Source: Octopus vulgaris (lineage: Eukaryota). From it: DNA of 64,000 nucleotides. Below are positions 11,859 through 23,994 of the stretch, one piece after another (the stretch's first letter is position 1; each line of letters opens with the position of its first letter). The stretch is from NCBI GenBank assembly GCA_951406725.2, contig OX597833.1:53816001-53880000 (forward strand), given 5' to 3'. The position numbers and the translations under genes were made by a program. The notes under the pieces were generated by a model, which saw only the letters and a program-made list of their open reading frames with translations, ran no database searches and had not been told where the DNA came from.

Positions 11859-12679
11859 TACAAATGATTGTACTTTGACTACAAGAAGTAAGTAATTAAC
11901 AGATATGCAAAAGATAGACAAACATAAGATTTGCTTGAAGACAAATGGATAATATCATAGACGTAGTTGATGGTTGGCGAGGACAGAAATTATAATGACA
12001 AGCAAGAAATAAAATCAAAATGATGATGATGATGATGATGATGATGATGTGTAGACAGACCAAAAAGCAAAGATATAAATGGCTAACGGAAAAACATATG
12101 GATTCACCATCTCTCCTTCCTCTCTCCTTTCTCTCTCTCGCTCTCTCATGTGAGTAGCCAGACAAGAGAAGAAAAGTTAATAAAAATAGAAAAGACATGA
12201 AGAGATTGATAGGCAAGAAGTCAGACGACGGAAACGAGCTGTAGTAAACATACATACATACATACACACACTTGTGTGCATGCATTTGTATATAGGCAGA
12301 GTATATGAAGTAGACAGACATACACACTTGTAGGGATAGACAGTCGGATACTTTTATACAGGCAGTCGGCCGCCATACACTTTCATACAAAGTAGACAGT
12401 GATATAAACTTCTTTAGGCAGGTAGACTGGCATACGTTTGAAGAGACAGCCCGACTAGTAGGCACGTATACAGAGACAGGTGGATAGGTATAGATAGATA
12501 ACAGTGCACATCGTTAAAATACAAGTGGTTGCAGTAGCTATCTTAATTATAAGGGAAATTAGGTGAAATATGAATATATAAACACATATATATATTCATA
12601 TTTCACATGACTATTCATGAGAGAAGGAGCAAAAAAACTAAAGGAATGCAAATCAGGACTTGATATTGAGTATTTTCTA

Positions 12680-13126
12680 AGGCAGCAAGCTGGCAAAATT
12701 TTTACCACAATGGGCAAAACAGCGACGTTTTGTCTGTCTATACATTCTGAGTTCAAACTCCGCTGAGGTCGACTTTGCCTTACACTCTTTCGGAGTCAAC
12801 AACATAAGTACCTATTTCTTTATTACCCACAAGGGGCTAAACATAGAGGGGACAAACAAGGACAGGCAAAGGGATTAAGTCGATTAGATCGACCCCAGTG
12901 CGTAACTGGTACTTAATTTAACAACCCCGAAAGGATGAAAGGCAAAGTCAACCTCGGTGGAATTTGAACGTAACAGCAGACGAAATATCGCTAAGCATTT
13001 CGCCCGACATGCTAACGTTTCTGCCAGCTCTCTGCCTTAAGTACCACTTGAGCAATGAGCTCAATGTAATCAACTTATCCACTTCACCAAAACTGCTGGC
13101 CTTGTGCCAAAATTTGAAACCAATAT
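12680..13126 (+). mobile_element. SINE B2 with an antisense SINE B1 (12812-13018) nested inside
   Basis: The nested copy is flanked by a taagtacc direct repeat. Confidence 0.8.
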
Positions 13127-13207
13127 TGAGTATTGCAGCTGTTTGATTGATGGAACTACCAACACATTAAAGTGCAAATTGGCTGAGTACTCCACAGACA
13201 CTTGTCC

Positions 13208-13365
13208 TCATCGTTTAACGTCTGCTTTCCATGCTGGCACGGGATGGACGGTTTGACTGAGAACTGGCAAGCCGGGAGGCTGCACCAGGCTCCAATCTGA
13301 TTTGGCAAAGTTTCTACAGGTGGATGCCTTTTCTAATGCCAACCACTCCAAGAGTGTAGTGGGTG
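13208..13365 (-). mobile_element. SINE tail E fragment
   Basis: catcgtttaacgtctgctttccatgctggc...gccaaccactccaagagtgtagtgggtg. Confidence 0.8.
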
Positions 13366-13524
13366 TTACAAAAGGATGGGCAAAATGCTTAGCAGCATTT
13401 TGTTTGGTGTGTTTATGATTCAGCCAGCTCACCACCTTAATAATAACAATAATAATTAACGATGATGATTATTTCTCATATCGCCATAAGGCCACAGATT
13501 TTCAAGAAAGCTATATGCAAGGAA

Positions 13525-13740
13525 GGTGGTGTGCTGCCAGAATTGTTAGCATGTCGGGCGAAATGCTTAGCGGTATTTCATCTGCTGTTACGTTCTGAGT
13601 TCAAATTCCACCGAGGTCGACTTTGCCTTTCATCGTTTCGAGTTTGATAAATTAAGTACCAGTTATGCACTGGGGCCGAATGTAATTGACTTAATCCCTG
13701 TGTCTGTCCTTGTTTGTCCCCTTGTGGGCAATAAAGAAAT
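13525..13740 (+). mobile_element. SINE B1 with 17-bp TSD
   Basis: aagaaagctatatgcaa at 13504-13520 and 13741-13757. Confidence 0.85.
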
Positions 13741-14182
13741 AAGAAAGCTATATGCAATGGTTGCATTAACTGCGATACATTTCCAGCACTTCTGACCTGA
13801 CGAGACTTGAACACAAAATCTAAAAGAATATAATTCTAACCAGAAAGTATTCACTAAAGTGCTCGACTGGTTTTGCTGCCCTTCCACCCACTTAAATCTC
13901 TGAACAGTAATAATTACTATTTAATATAATTCAATCAAATGTATTGATTAATTAAGCAGGGTATAATAAAACGTAGTAAAAATACAGTGAGAATGTATGT
14001 ATATCTAGGTGGAATCCAGATCCTAATTCTATATGCTTACATAAGTTCTACCCATTCTACAGATCAACTAGTGGAGCAAGAAGTTTTTACCTCTGCAAGC
14101 TTTTCTACATGCTAACCATTCAACGTCCGTGATAGCAGTACCTATTTTTCAGCTATGGTGATATCCAGAAGATAATGAATGC

Positions 14183-14409
14183 TTAACCCTTTAGTATTTA
14201 AACCGGCCATATCCGGCCAAAATATTTAATCTGTTTTATGTTCAAACTGACCAGATCCAGGCCCTCACACCTACCCTACAATGTTATTCTACATTAAGTA
14301 ATTACACCATCAAGATCTTGAAGATATGAGATAATGCATGATTAATTCAAATCAATGTGAATCAATAAGCATTATGTTTGATAGAATAATCAGTACACTA
14401 AAGGGTTAA
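14183..14409 (+). mobile_element. piggyBac-like MITE family F (clean copy)
   Basis: TTAA-CCCTTTAGT...ACTAAAGGG-TTAA. Confidence 0.9.
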
Positions 14410-14689
14410 ATAAATAAATAATATCCAAGAGAGACAGTCAGTATAGAATTGCAGAGAAAATGAAAAAAAAAGAAGGTAGCAGAGGGGCAATGCATACACA
14501 ACATATACACAAGGATAAAATAAAATTTAATTTAATAAATATATTCTCAGACAAATTCATATTTCAATGAAGTGACATCAAGAGTTATTTCCCCTGCTTA
14601 TCATTTATGCATATGTAACAAAGAAAAAAAAACATTTTGATTCACTCATCCACCAGTTTTGAAGATAACTGAACTAAAATTTAATGAGT

Positions 14690-14828
14690 TCAAGCCACTC
14701 ACCTAACGAATATTTTTGCCAAATTTGGTGAAAATCCATTCAGCTGTTTTCCAGTAATTTTGCAAACACACAGACAAAGACGAGTGATTACAATAAACCT
14801 GGCTTTGCTTACGCGTGTAGAGTTAATA
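14690..14828 (+). mobile_element. Possible old Helentron/HINE-type 3' remnant
   Basis: gccaaatttggtgaaaatccattcag...acacacagacaaa...gattacaata pattern resembles DINE-1/HINE-like elements; recognised from memory only. Confidence 0.35.
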
Positions 14829-15511
14829 ATGAGCAGTAATTATAATTCATGTAATACAAATTGTATATTCACAGAAATCCCAAAATGAAACTGGCATATT
14901 TATCACATCAATAAAGGAAAGCATAAATTATTTCATATTCATACACCATTTTGTTCAGTATGCTAGGTTATTATTGATTCTTAGTTAATCCTCCAGCACT
15001 GCATAAAATAAATACGCTTTTGTTTAGGGCCATGAAATATCATTCTAAATGCACAACACCAAGATTACAAAACATTATCTCCAGTACTCTATTGTGCATA
15101 ATTTCAGCTAGTTATTTATTATTTACCATTAGCAGTGTGTCCGTCTGTCCGTCCGTCCGTCCATCCAGCATCGACCAAGTTCATATGTAACTTAAAACAA
15201 AACACACTGAGGATGATAAAAATATTTCATTCTCGTTTACATTTACAAACTGACCTTGAATCTGATTTCCTTTGAGAAAGACATGTGCAATGAATGTAAA
15301 ATAAGTGAATTTCAAACTAAACAAAATACTATAATTTTAATAATAATAATAATAATAATAATAATGCCGCCACCACCACCACCACCACCATCATCATTGT
15401 CATCATTTAGCATCAGTATTCCATGCTGGCAAACTAATTATAATGTTTACTTTATAAATAATATTTTCTGACAATCTCTATGATAGCAGTTAAATATGCA
15501 AGAGTTAATAA

Positions 15512-15752
15512 GGTGGCCAGCTGGAAGTAACGTTAGCATGCTGGGCAAATCGCTTGGGCAATATTTCGTCAGGCTTTAGATTCAGAGTTCAAATCCCACT
15601 GAAGTCAACTTCGTCTTTCATTTTTTTTTTTTTTTTTTTGTGATCGATAAAATAAGTAGATGCTGAGCACTAGGGGTCAATGTAATCAACCCCCTACATG
15701 GCCTTGCTTTTACTTTTTGAGCCAATAAAAATTGAATTGAATTGAATTGAAC
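15512..15752 (+). mobile_element. Diverged SINE B body joined to a CR1-type LINE 3' tail
   Basis: 15691-15752 (ctacatggccttgcttttactttttgagccaataaaaattgaattg) matches the 3' end of the LINE at 46670-46730 (minus strand). Confidence 0.55.
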
Positions 15753-15851
15753 TCCTCCTACTGACCTTATACTAAAATTTAAAACCAATATGTGAGAGTT
15801 AATAGTACATGTACTCTGGAGCAGCCTCAATGACCAAATTAACTAACTACT

Positions 15852-16455
15852 TTAACCCTGTAGCATTTAAACTGGTCATATCTAGCCTGAAATATTCGGT
15901 TTTAAGTTCAAACCAGCTGGATCTGGCCTTTCACACATACCTTACAATGTCATTCTAAAAGTAATAACCTCATCCTGAAACTACAAGATAATACATGCTT
16001 AAGTGAAAACAATGTGAACAAATAAGCATAATATTAGAAGGGAGTAATCTGAAAGCTAAAGGGTTAAACCACCCGTATCAGACCCAAATATTGTACCCGG
16101 CTTTTATGGTCAAACCAGCCAGATCCAGCATCTCACGCCTATCCCACAATGTCATTCTAAAAATAAACAATCACATCACTGAAATCCCAAAAGCATTACA
16201 TTTGACAGAGTAATCTGAATGCTAAAGAATTAAACCTTTAGTATTTAATCCATCCATATCAGGCCCAGATATTCCACCTATTTTATGCTCAAACAAGCTA
16301 GATCTGGTCTCTCACACCTACGCTACAATGTCATTCTAAAAATCCACAACCACATCACCGAAATCTGAAAACTACGAGATAATGCATGATTAATTCAAAA
16401 CAATGTGAATAAATAAGCATTACATTCGACAGAATAATCTGATTGCTTGAGTTAA
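15852..16455 (+). mobile_element. Three tandem copies of piggyBac-like MITE F sharing TTAA junctions
   Basis: Units at ~15852-16067, ~16064-16233 and ~16230-16455, each with ctcacacctaccctacaatgtcattctaaaa-like core. Confidence 0.75.
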
Positions 16456-16477
16456 GAGAGTAGCCTTGATATTTCTT

Positions 16478-17252
16478 AATAATAATAATAATAATAATAA
16501 TAATTGTGTACAGTGCTCAGGTGCACTACAACTCATCTAAAGTGTATATATAATCAGGTGAAGTTTCGGCGGATTTCGGAAAGCATGAGGGCCTTAAAAG
16601 ATGCAGTGTCATGGCAGTCAACAACTGACGCAGGCAGTTTATTCCATGCTTCAGCAACTCTGAGCGTGAAAAAATGTTTCCGAAAGTCATGGGAGCTGTA
16701 TTGTTTTCTGACTTTGTAGGCATGTCCACGTGTGTTAGACACATGGAGATCAAAAAGGTGTTCAGTGTTGTTGTTGGTGAGGTGGTTGATAACTTTGTGG
16801 GTGTTTACCAAGTCCGTCGCCAAACGCCGGAGCTTCAGTGAATCCATGCCCAGGGAAACAAGGCGCTCAGAATATGGTAGGTGTCTGATGGAGGGTATGC
16901 GTTTGGTTGCACGTCTCTGGACAGATTCCAGGAGGTCAATGTTCTGTGCAAGATAGGGGTTCCAAACTGATGATGCGAATTCCAAGTGTGGTCGTACCAT
17001 AGCTGTATACAGTTTTAAATAGATGGCTGGAGAGCGGCTAACAAAAGACCTGCTGAGTGATGCCAAGACACCCTCGGCCTTCCTGACAATCTTAGAGATA
17101 TGCTTTGACCAACGCAAATCACTGCTGACAGTGATGCCTAGGTCACGCTCGCAAGAGGATTTCTTGATATCAGTGTTGTGGAGGGAGTATGTGAACGCAG
17201 GGTTTTTTCTCCCAAAATGCATGGTGGTACACTTGTCCACAGCCAGTTTCAG
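16478..17252 (-). mobile_element. 5'-truncated CR1-clade LINE: ORF2 C-terminal region (stop at 16554) with (TTA)n tail
   Basis: KCTTMHFG...ERDLGITVSSDLRWSKHI...LYTAMVRPHLEFASSVWNP...LESVQRRATK...TRGH...FFTLRVAEAWNKLP are typical CR1/L2 ORF2 C-terminal motifs; the frame is intact over ~230 codons. The ORF-track N-terminus upstream of ~17252 is not LINE-derived. Confidence 0.92.
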
Positions 17253-17266
17253 ACATAATAAAACAA

Positions 17267-17473
17267 TTACGGAGATGTACTTGCATAGCAAGTGATTTGA
17301 TCTGAGATCGTGTGCTGAAACGAAAAAAACTGCAGCGTGGAAGGTGTTTGTAAGCCATTTAAGAAACACACAAAAGCCGTTTGATTCACTTCAACATTTA
17401 AGTTTAATTTGTCAAAATATTTTCGTCGCTTTAAGACCGCGACCTGTTCACTGACAAAAAACCTGTGCTGCAT
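17267..17473 (-). mobile_element. 207-bp element with minimal hammerhead-like motif (G3-C8 variant) and 13-bp flanking direct repeat
   Basis: cataataaaacaa at 17254-17266 and 17474-17486; minus-strand motif tttgtca-GTGAACA-G-GTCGC-ggtcttaaa-GCGAC-GAA-AATATT-T-tgacaaa at 17458-17408. Confidence 0.7.
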
Positions 17474-17724
17474 CATAATAAAACAAAATCTTAAGGAAAG
17501 AGCAGTAATCTCTTATATTGAAAGGGAAAATTTACTGGAGGCCTGTTCTACGCTTGATTTCTGAGCCCTGGCTACTACAGCTTTCAGTTGTTTTCATATC
17601 CTGCTGGGTGGCAGAATTTGAATTCCAAAATGTTATAGTGGATAGTCTGTCTTGGCCGTGTGTGGCCTGAATAAGAAATTGACTGGAAATTTCACAAATG
17701 TAGGTGCTAGCACTTCAAAATGGA

Positions 17725-17940
17725 AGGCGGCGAGCTGGCAGAAACGTTAGCAAGCCAGGCAAAATGCTTTGTGTTATTTCGTCCGCTACTGTGTTCTGAG
17801 TTCAAATTCCGCTGAGGTCGACTTTGTCTTTCATCCTTTCGGGGTCGTTAAATTAAGTACCAGTTATGCACTGGAGTCGATGTAATCGACTTAATCCGTT
17901 TGTCCCCTATATGTTCAGCCCCTTGTGGGCAATAAAAAAA
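17725..17940 (+). mobile_element. SINE B1
   Basis: Homologous to 33452-33682. Confidence 0.85.
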
Positions 17941-19179
17941 AAAATAGCTCAGTAGAAAAACCGATGGATATGTAGCAAATTGAAGGAACTGGTGTTAAAA
18001 TTATATAAATAAGGGGTTACTTGAGCTCTAAAACACAGTACTGAAAGGGGAAAAGAGTTAACAACAAACATATCACATTAAATTTTGTTGTATTTGATTG
18101 ATGGAGATGGATGGAAAACGTAGGGGGGAAAAAAAGGCAAAATTGCACCCACAAAGATGTTGAATGATTTACATGTCATGCATACACACACATACATACA
18201 TGTGCATATGTGTGTGCCTTTGTTTTTGTCCCTCTGAAGACCGTTTGACAACCGGTATTGGTTTGTTCATGTCCCTGCAACTCAGCAGTTCGGCAAAAAC
18301 AAACAAAAAAAGACAAATAAAATAAGTACCAAACTTTAAAAAAAAAGGAAGTATTGGGATTGATTTCATTGACGGGACCCTTCAAGCCAGGAGGTACCCC
18401 AGCGCGGATGCAGTCTGATGACTGAAGCCAGTCAACTAGTAATCGTTATTGGTTTAAATGTTACCATCTGAGTGTGTGTGTATGTATACATACATACATA
18501 CATACATACATACACACACACACATCCTAGCTTCAAGTTCAGAGCCAATATAGATATTTTACATAGCAAGTGTCATATTTGACATTTTTTAGAAGTAAAA
18601 CTAAAAATAAATAATAAATAATAAAAAAAGAAATTCATGTCTGGTTTCAAATTGCATTCAAAGATAAAAATGTATTCAACCAGTAAGCAACAAAAAGAAA
18701 ATTTCTACACACACACACACACATATACATACATACATGCAACAGACACATTTGTACATGCCCTATTTGTTTACAAGATTACTTTTTATATCTATTTTAT
18801 CCATGCTATCACTGATGCGATTATTTTGACAAATTTCAACATTTTCATACCATTGAAAACAATTGATTTTTTACTGGAATCCTCTTACAACCAGCTTCTT
18901 AATCATGACACAGGTAGACCCCCACCAATGTGAGGCAATCTGAGAAAAATCAGCATTATTTATGTACCTGCTCTTAGGGGCAAACCTCAATTGCTAGTGT
19001 GAGGTTTGAACTTAAGACCATGTGGACTGTAGTTGAGTGTCTTAACCCAAGCACCAGGCTTTTATATAATTCATTTAAAATAGTTCCAGCCCTAATTGAC
19101 ATATGTGGAAGTGTTTAGCTTTGTTATTTTTTTAGCCATCATTTGTTTTAAGAATTTGTATCAGTAAATACAATAAATA

Positions 19180-19347
19180 TAGGAACAGGAGTTGCTGTGT
19201 GGTAAGAAGCTTGCTTCTCAACAACATGGTTCTGGGTTCAGTCCCACGGCATGGCACCTCGGGCAAGTGTCTTCTACTATAGCTTCGGGCTGACCAAAGC
19301 TTTGTGAGTGAATTTGGTAAACGGAAATTGAAAGAAGCTCATTGCAG

Positions 19348-19403
<56 letters not shown>

Positions 19404-19682
19404 AATTCGCCATGATAGATCGCTAGCCACTACACATTCTTTATTTTCTTCTCCTCATTTCTTTCCTTGTTCCTTTTTGTGGAAGAGCGTAGGCTCGAAA
19501 CGTTAAAGACTTTTTCACTTCCCGAGCGTTAAACTAATACATCCGTTTGTTGTCTACACCATCTGCCTTCGTCTTTTGTTTTTTTGTGAATTCTCCTTAT
19601 ATATATGTATATATTTGTATGTGTTTGTTCCCACCGACATCGGTTACAGTCAAATGACTGAAACATGTAAAAGAATAAAAGA
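19180..19682 (+). mobile_element. SINE A whose central microsatellite is interrupted by a hammerhead-motif element
   Basis: Head at 19180-19345, (TG)n, insert at 19407-19598, tail remnant at 19615-19682. Confidence 0.75.
19407..19598 (+). mobile_element. ~190-bp microsatellite-embedded element with A6U hammerhead-like motif (family PH1, copy 1)
   Basis: cttt-TTGTGGA-A-GAGC-gtag-GCTC-GAA-ACGT-T-aaag at 19473-19508. Confidence 0.7.
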
Positions 19683-19687
19683 ACGTA

Positions 19688-20282
19688 CTTCAAAAGACAG
19701 ATATAAATATCCATGTTTGCGAAACGATTCAACCAATACCAGCTTGGTATAAAAGATGGAAACATAATTTACATAAAGAAAACTAAATTGAAGACGATAA
19801 CATGTAAGACGTTCAGGTATGACTCCTCTCTCTCTCTCTACACACACACATATACACACACCTGTAAATGGTAGGTAATAAGACGTCGAAGGACATATAG
19901 ATAATAGGTGCACACAAACAAATGATCTAACTAAACAAGTGCTTAAGCTCCGACATTAAGTGCAGCGGTGCAGGATCAACCAAAATATATTCTTCAAAAT
20001 ACAGATATAAATACCCATGTTTTCAAAACAATTCAGCCAATACCAGCTTGGCATAATAGATTGAAACATAATTTACATAAAAAACTAAATTGGAGACAAG
20101 AGCATGTAAGATGTTCAGGTATGACCCCTCACTCTCTCTCCACATACACACACATGCATGTAAATGGTAGGTAATAAGCTGTTGACGGACATATAGATAA
20201 TAGGTGCACACAAACGAACGCTCTGGCTAAACAAGTGCTTAAACTCCGACATTAAGTGCAGCGATGCAGGATCTACCAAAAT
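19688..20282. repeat. Diverged ~300-bp tandem duplication
   Basis: 19688-19986 and 19992-20282 align throughout (cagatataaata..., ggacatatagataataggtgcacacaaac, ctccgacattaagtgcagcg). Confidence 0.85.
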
Positions 20283-20453
20283 GAGAGTCAGCTCCAGGCA
20301 ATATATTGGTTGAGCTGAAGTGCTTTCTAGATGCTCCATTTCCGTAAATTGCAAGTTTCTCACGAGTGATACCATGGATTTTACTTACCAATCTAAACTA
20401 AATCAATACTATGGACTTCTTTCCCATTTTGTCTTACAGTGTATTAATCTTAT

Positions 20454-20838
20454 GTGGAGGCGCAATGGCCCAGTGGTTAGGGCAGCGGACTCGCGGTCAT
20501 AGGATCGCGGTTTCGATTCCCAGATCGGGCGTTGTGAGTGTTTATTGAGCGAAAATACCTAAAGCTCCACGAGGCTCTGGCAGGGGATGGTGGTGATCCC
20601 TGCTGTACTCTTTCACCACAACTTTCTCTCACTCTTACTTCCTGTTTCTGTTGTACCTGTATTTCAAAGGGCCGGCCTTGTCACTCTCTGTGTCACGCTG
20701 AATATCCCCGAGAACTACGTTAAGGGTACACGTGTCTGTGGAGTGCTCAGCCACTTACACGTTAATTTCACAAGCAGGCTGTTCCGTTGATTCGGATCAA
20801 CCGGAACCCTCGTCGTCGTAACCGACGGAGTGCTTCCA
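20454..20838 (+). mobile_element. tRNA-derived SINE, head C plus tail T1
   Basis: gtggaggcgcaatggcccagtggttagggcagcggactcgcgg...gtttcgattccc; the tail ends ...cgtaaccgacggagtgcttcca. Confidence 0.9.
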
Positions 20839-20861
20839 TCCATCCATTAATCTTATACATA

Positions 20862-21191
20862 TTGGCACTCTGTCGGTTATGACGACGAGGGTTCCAGTTG
20901 ATCTGGATCAACAGAACAGCCCACTTGTGAAATTAACATAAAAATGGCTGAGCGCTCCACAGACCACAGACACATATCTTTAACGTAGTTCTCAGGGAGA
21001 TTCAGCGTGAGATAGGATGTGACAAGGCTGGACCTTTGAAATACAGGTACAACTCATTTTTGCCAGCTGAGTGGACTGGAGCAACATGAAATAAAGTGTC
21101 TTGCTCAAGGACACAACACACTGCAGGGAGTTGAACTCTTGACCTTAAGATTGTGAGCTGATTACTGCTAACCACTCGGCCACATGCCTTC
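20862..21191 (-). mobile_element. SINE head D plus tail T1
   Basis: Minus-strand head gaaggcatgtggccgagtggttag...ttgagcaagacactttatttc; tail shared with 20454-20838. Confidence 0.85.
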
Positions 21192-21732
21192 ATGTATCTC
21201 AATCATTTAGAACTTTTACCTTCCAGACTTTTCTTGCTTCCCTACAATCTTTTATGTTTTACTTGTTTCAGTCATTTTGGCTGTGGCCATGCTGGGGCAC
21301 TGCCCTGAAGAATTTTTAGTTGAAGGAATTTACCCCAGTACCTTTTTTATATTTTTTTAACCAAGTTCTTATTCCATCACTCACTTTTGCCAAACTGCTA
21401 AGTTTATGGATGTAAACACATCAACAACAGTTTTCAAACACACACACACACACACACACAACAGGTTTCTCCCAACAAAAAACTTCCTTATTATTCTTTA
21501 AATATAAAGCAAAGTTGAATTTTAAATTTTAAATTACGATATAAAAACTGAAGTAAAAATAAAAAAAAGAGATAAACAAAAAAAACAAACAAACAAACAA
21601 AATATAAAAAGAAAGGAAGTCTTGTAAAAATGATCTCACTCAACCACCATATCTAAATAATAATAATAATAATATCATCATCATCATCATCGTTTAACGT
21701 CCGTTTTCCATGCTAGCATGGGTTGGACGGTA

Positions 21733-21780
<48 letters not shown>

Positions 21781-22070
21781 CATGGGTGGTTCTTTCAACA
21801 TCCTTAAACAATCCTTATTCAGGGACCTTTTGAGCGGGATGGGCTACTCAACCTGAAGAAAATTCTAACTGGGCCCCACCTGCAAGGTCATGTGCTGTTT
21901 ATCTTGATATGAGATCACCATGTCGCGCACATGTGGTTGTGATGCATGTGCCTGGTGTACCCTTATCAGACGGGTAGTCATGATGGGTACATTGGGCTTC
22001 GTATATTTTACCCCAGTGTCACTTTGATGGCATGAACTGCTCTCTCACTCAATAATAATAACAACAACAA
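21781..22070 (+). mobile_element. Probable non-LTR retrotransposon 3' fragment inserted in (TAA)n
   Basis: Unique GC-richer 270 bp flanked on both sides by (AAT)n and ending ctctctcactc-aataataat. Confidence 0.45.
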
Positions 22071-22705
22071 TAACTATTATTATTATTATTAATTTATTTA
22101 TTTGTTGCAAATTTCCAGTATCACACTATCAGTCTATTGTTATACAAATTGCTTATTTCATCCATAACAGATGTACATTTGTTTCCTGCAACAAACAGCC
22201 CCTTCTATGGCAGCTTAAGTGTCTGCTTTAACGAAGTAGTGTTACATAATGAATCATGGACAAAAAAACAAAATTTTATAGTTTTATAGTTTCCCAGTTT
22301 AAATTTGCCACCACTTAACGAAGTCAGCATGCTTATTAATTAAACACATATTAATGCGAATAATCTAAAGAAAATTTTTGCTATTACGTATACACAGTTA
22401 TGCTATTCATTCCAGTTTTCCTAAATCGTGAGCTATAACTGTTCTGATAATGAATTCCATATTGTTTAGGTTGGTAAGACTTTAAACCTCATCATGTCCA
22501 ATTATTATTATATCATTTTTTTTAATTCTAAATTTTCTAAGCCACAGTGTATAAGAGTTGCAGCTGGGAGAGTCGATGACATGTTTGAAGTACCATCAGC
22601 TGAAGGCTTTCCATAGTCCCCACCCCTCTTGCATCGCAAAAACTGTCTTGTAATATATTTGACAAAGATACTTAACACTAACTGATTCAATCATACTTCT
22701 CTCAA

Positions 22706-22936
22706 TCTATCTATCCATCTATCTATGTTTATCTATCTATCTAGCTATGCTTATCTATCTACCTGCCTATGTTTATCTATCTATCTATCTATCAACCTGT
22801 CTATCTATGTTTATCTGTCTATCTATCTATCTATGCTTATCTATCTATCTATGCTTATCTATCTATCTATGCTTATCTATCTATCTATCTATATATCTAT
22901 CTGTCTGTCTACCTGTCTATCTATCTGTCTCTCTAC

Positions 22937-22968
<32 letters not shown>

Positions 22969-23008
22969 GCATCTATCTATGTTTATCTGTCTATCTATCT
23001 ATCTATGT

Positions 23009-23040
<32 letters not shown>

Positions 23041-23092
23041 GTTTATCTGTCTGTCTATCAATCTATCTATCTAGATAGATAGATAGATAGAT
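22706..23092. repeat. (ATCT)n compound microsatellite that flips to (AGAT)n
   Basis: Read directly from the sequence. Confidence 0.95.
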
Positions 23093-23093
23093 G

Positions 23094-23277
23094 GCATGTA
23101 AAAAGCACCCACTACACTCACGGAGTGGTTGGCGTTAGGAAGGGCATCCAGCCGTAGAAACACTGCCAGATCAGACTGGGCCTGATGCAGCCTTCTGGCT
23201 TCACAGACCCCAGTTGAACCGTCCAACCCATGCTAGCATGGAAAGCGGACACTAAATGATGACGATGATGATGATGA
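23094..23277 (+). mobile_element. SINE tail E
   Basis: Homologous to 9700-9897. Confidence 0.85.
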
Positions 23278-23538
23278 TATATATATATATCGTCACACAC
23301 ACTTGCCCCTCAACCCCCAGTTTATCTTGGATTTGTGATTTTTAAAAGTTTTCCACTCAATTTAATGCTGACCTTTTAATAAAAAGTCATAACTTTTGAA
23401 AACTACAACCCACAAACTAAACATTATTTTGCAAATACGAAATGGGAAAAAAAAAGAAGATAAAACGTAATAAAACAATACTAACAACAAATGTCCCATG
23501 ATGTCAAACGAAATTAAACTAGACATAAAAATTTTTCT

Positions 23539-23994
23539 TTAACCCTTTCGTTACTGTATTTATTTTGAGACGTTCTGTGTTTCTTTCACTTAATTTTAAA
23601 TATAACAAAAGAATTTAGTAAAATAACTTAGTTATCATTAACCCTTTAGCATTTAAACGGGTCATATCCAGCCAAAAGTATTCTGCCTGTTTTATTTTCA
23701 AACTGGCCAGATCTGGTCTCTCACACCAACCCTACAATGTCATTTTAAAAATTAACAGCTACCTCATCAAAATCTCATAGCTACAAGATAATGCATGATT
23801 AGTTCAAAACAATGTGGATGAAAAAGCATTAATTTTGGTGGAATAATGCGAACACTAAAGGGTTAAGCTAGTGTTAGGAACATAAATTGTGACTAAGGCT
23901 TGGTGGAAGATTTTAATTTGATACTTATAGAAACAAGACATTTGTGCTACAGAGCCAGAGGTGGTTTCAGCTGGGTTGGTATCAAAAAGGTTAA
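23539..23994 (+). mobile_element. piggyBac-like MITE family G with a family-F MITE (23638-23866) nested at an internal TTAA
   Basis: Outer TTAA-CCCTTTCGTTAC...GTATCAAAAAGG-TTAA; inner TTAA-CCCTTTAGC...ACTAAAGGG-TTAA. Confidence 0.8.

Noticed and set aside
17253-17369. N-terminal extension of the 271-aa CR1 ORF
   Set aside because: It reads through an unrelated adjacent insertion; the LINE is 5'-truncated and lacks the RT catalytic core.
20454-20530. tRNA-like sequence with A/B boxes
   Set aside because: It is a SINE head running into the SINE body, with no complete cloverleaf; not a tRNA gene.
22508-22690. 60-aa minus-strand ORF as a possible exon
   Set aside because: Weak acceptor and no recognisable homology.
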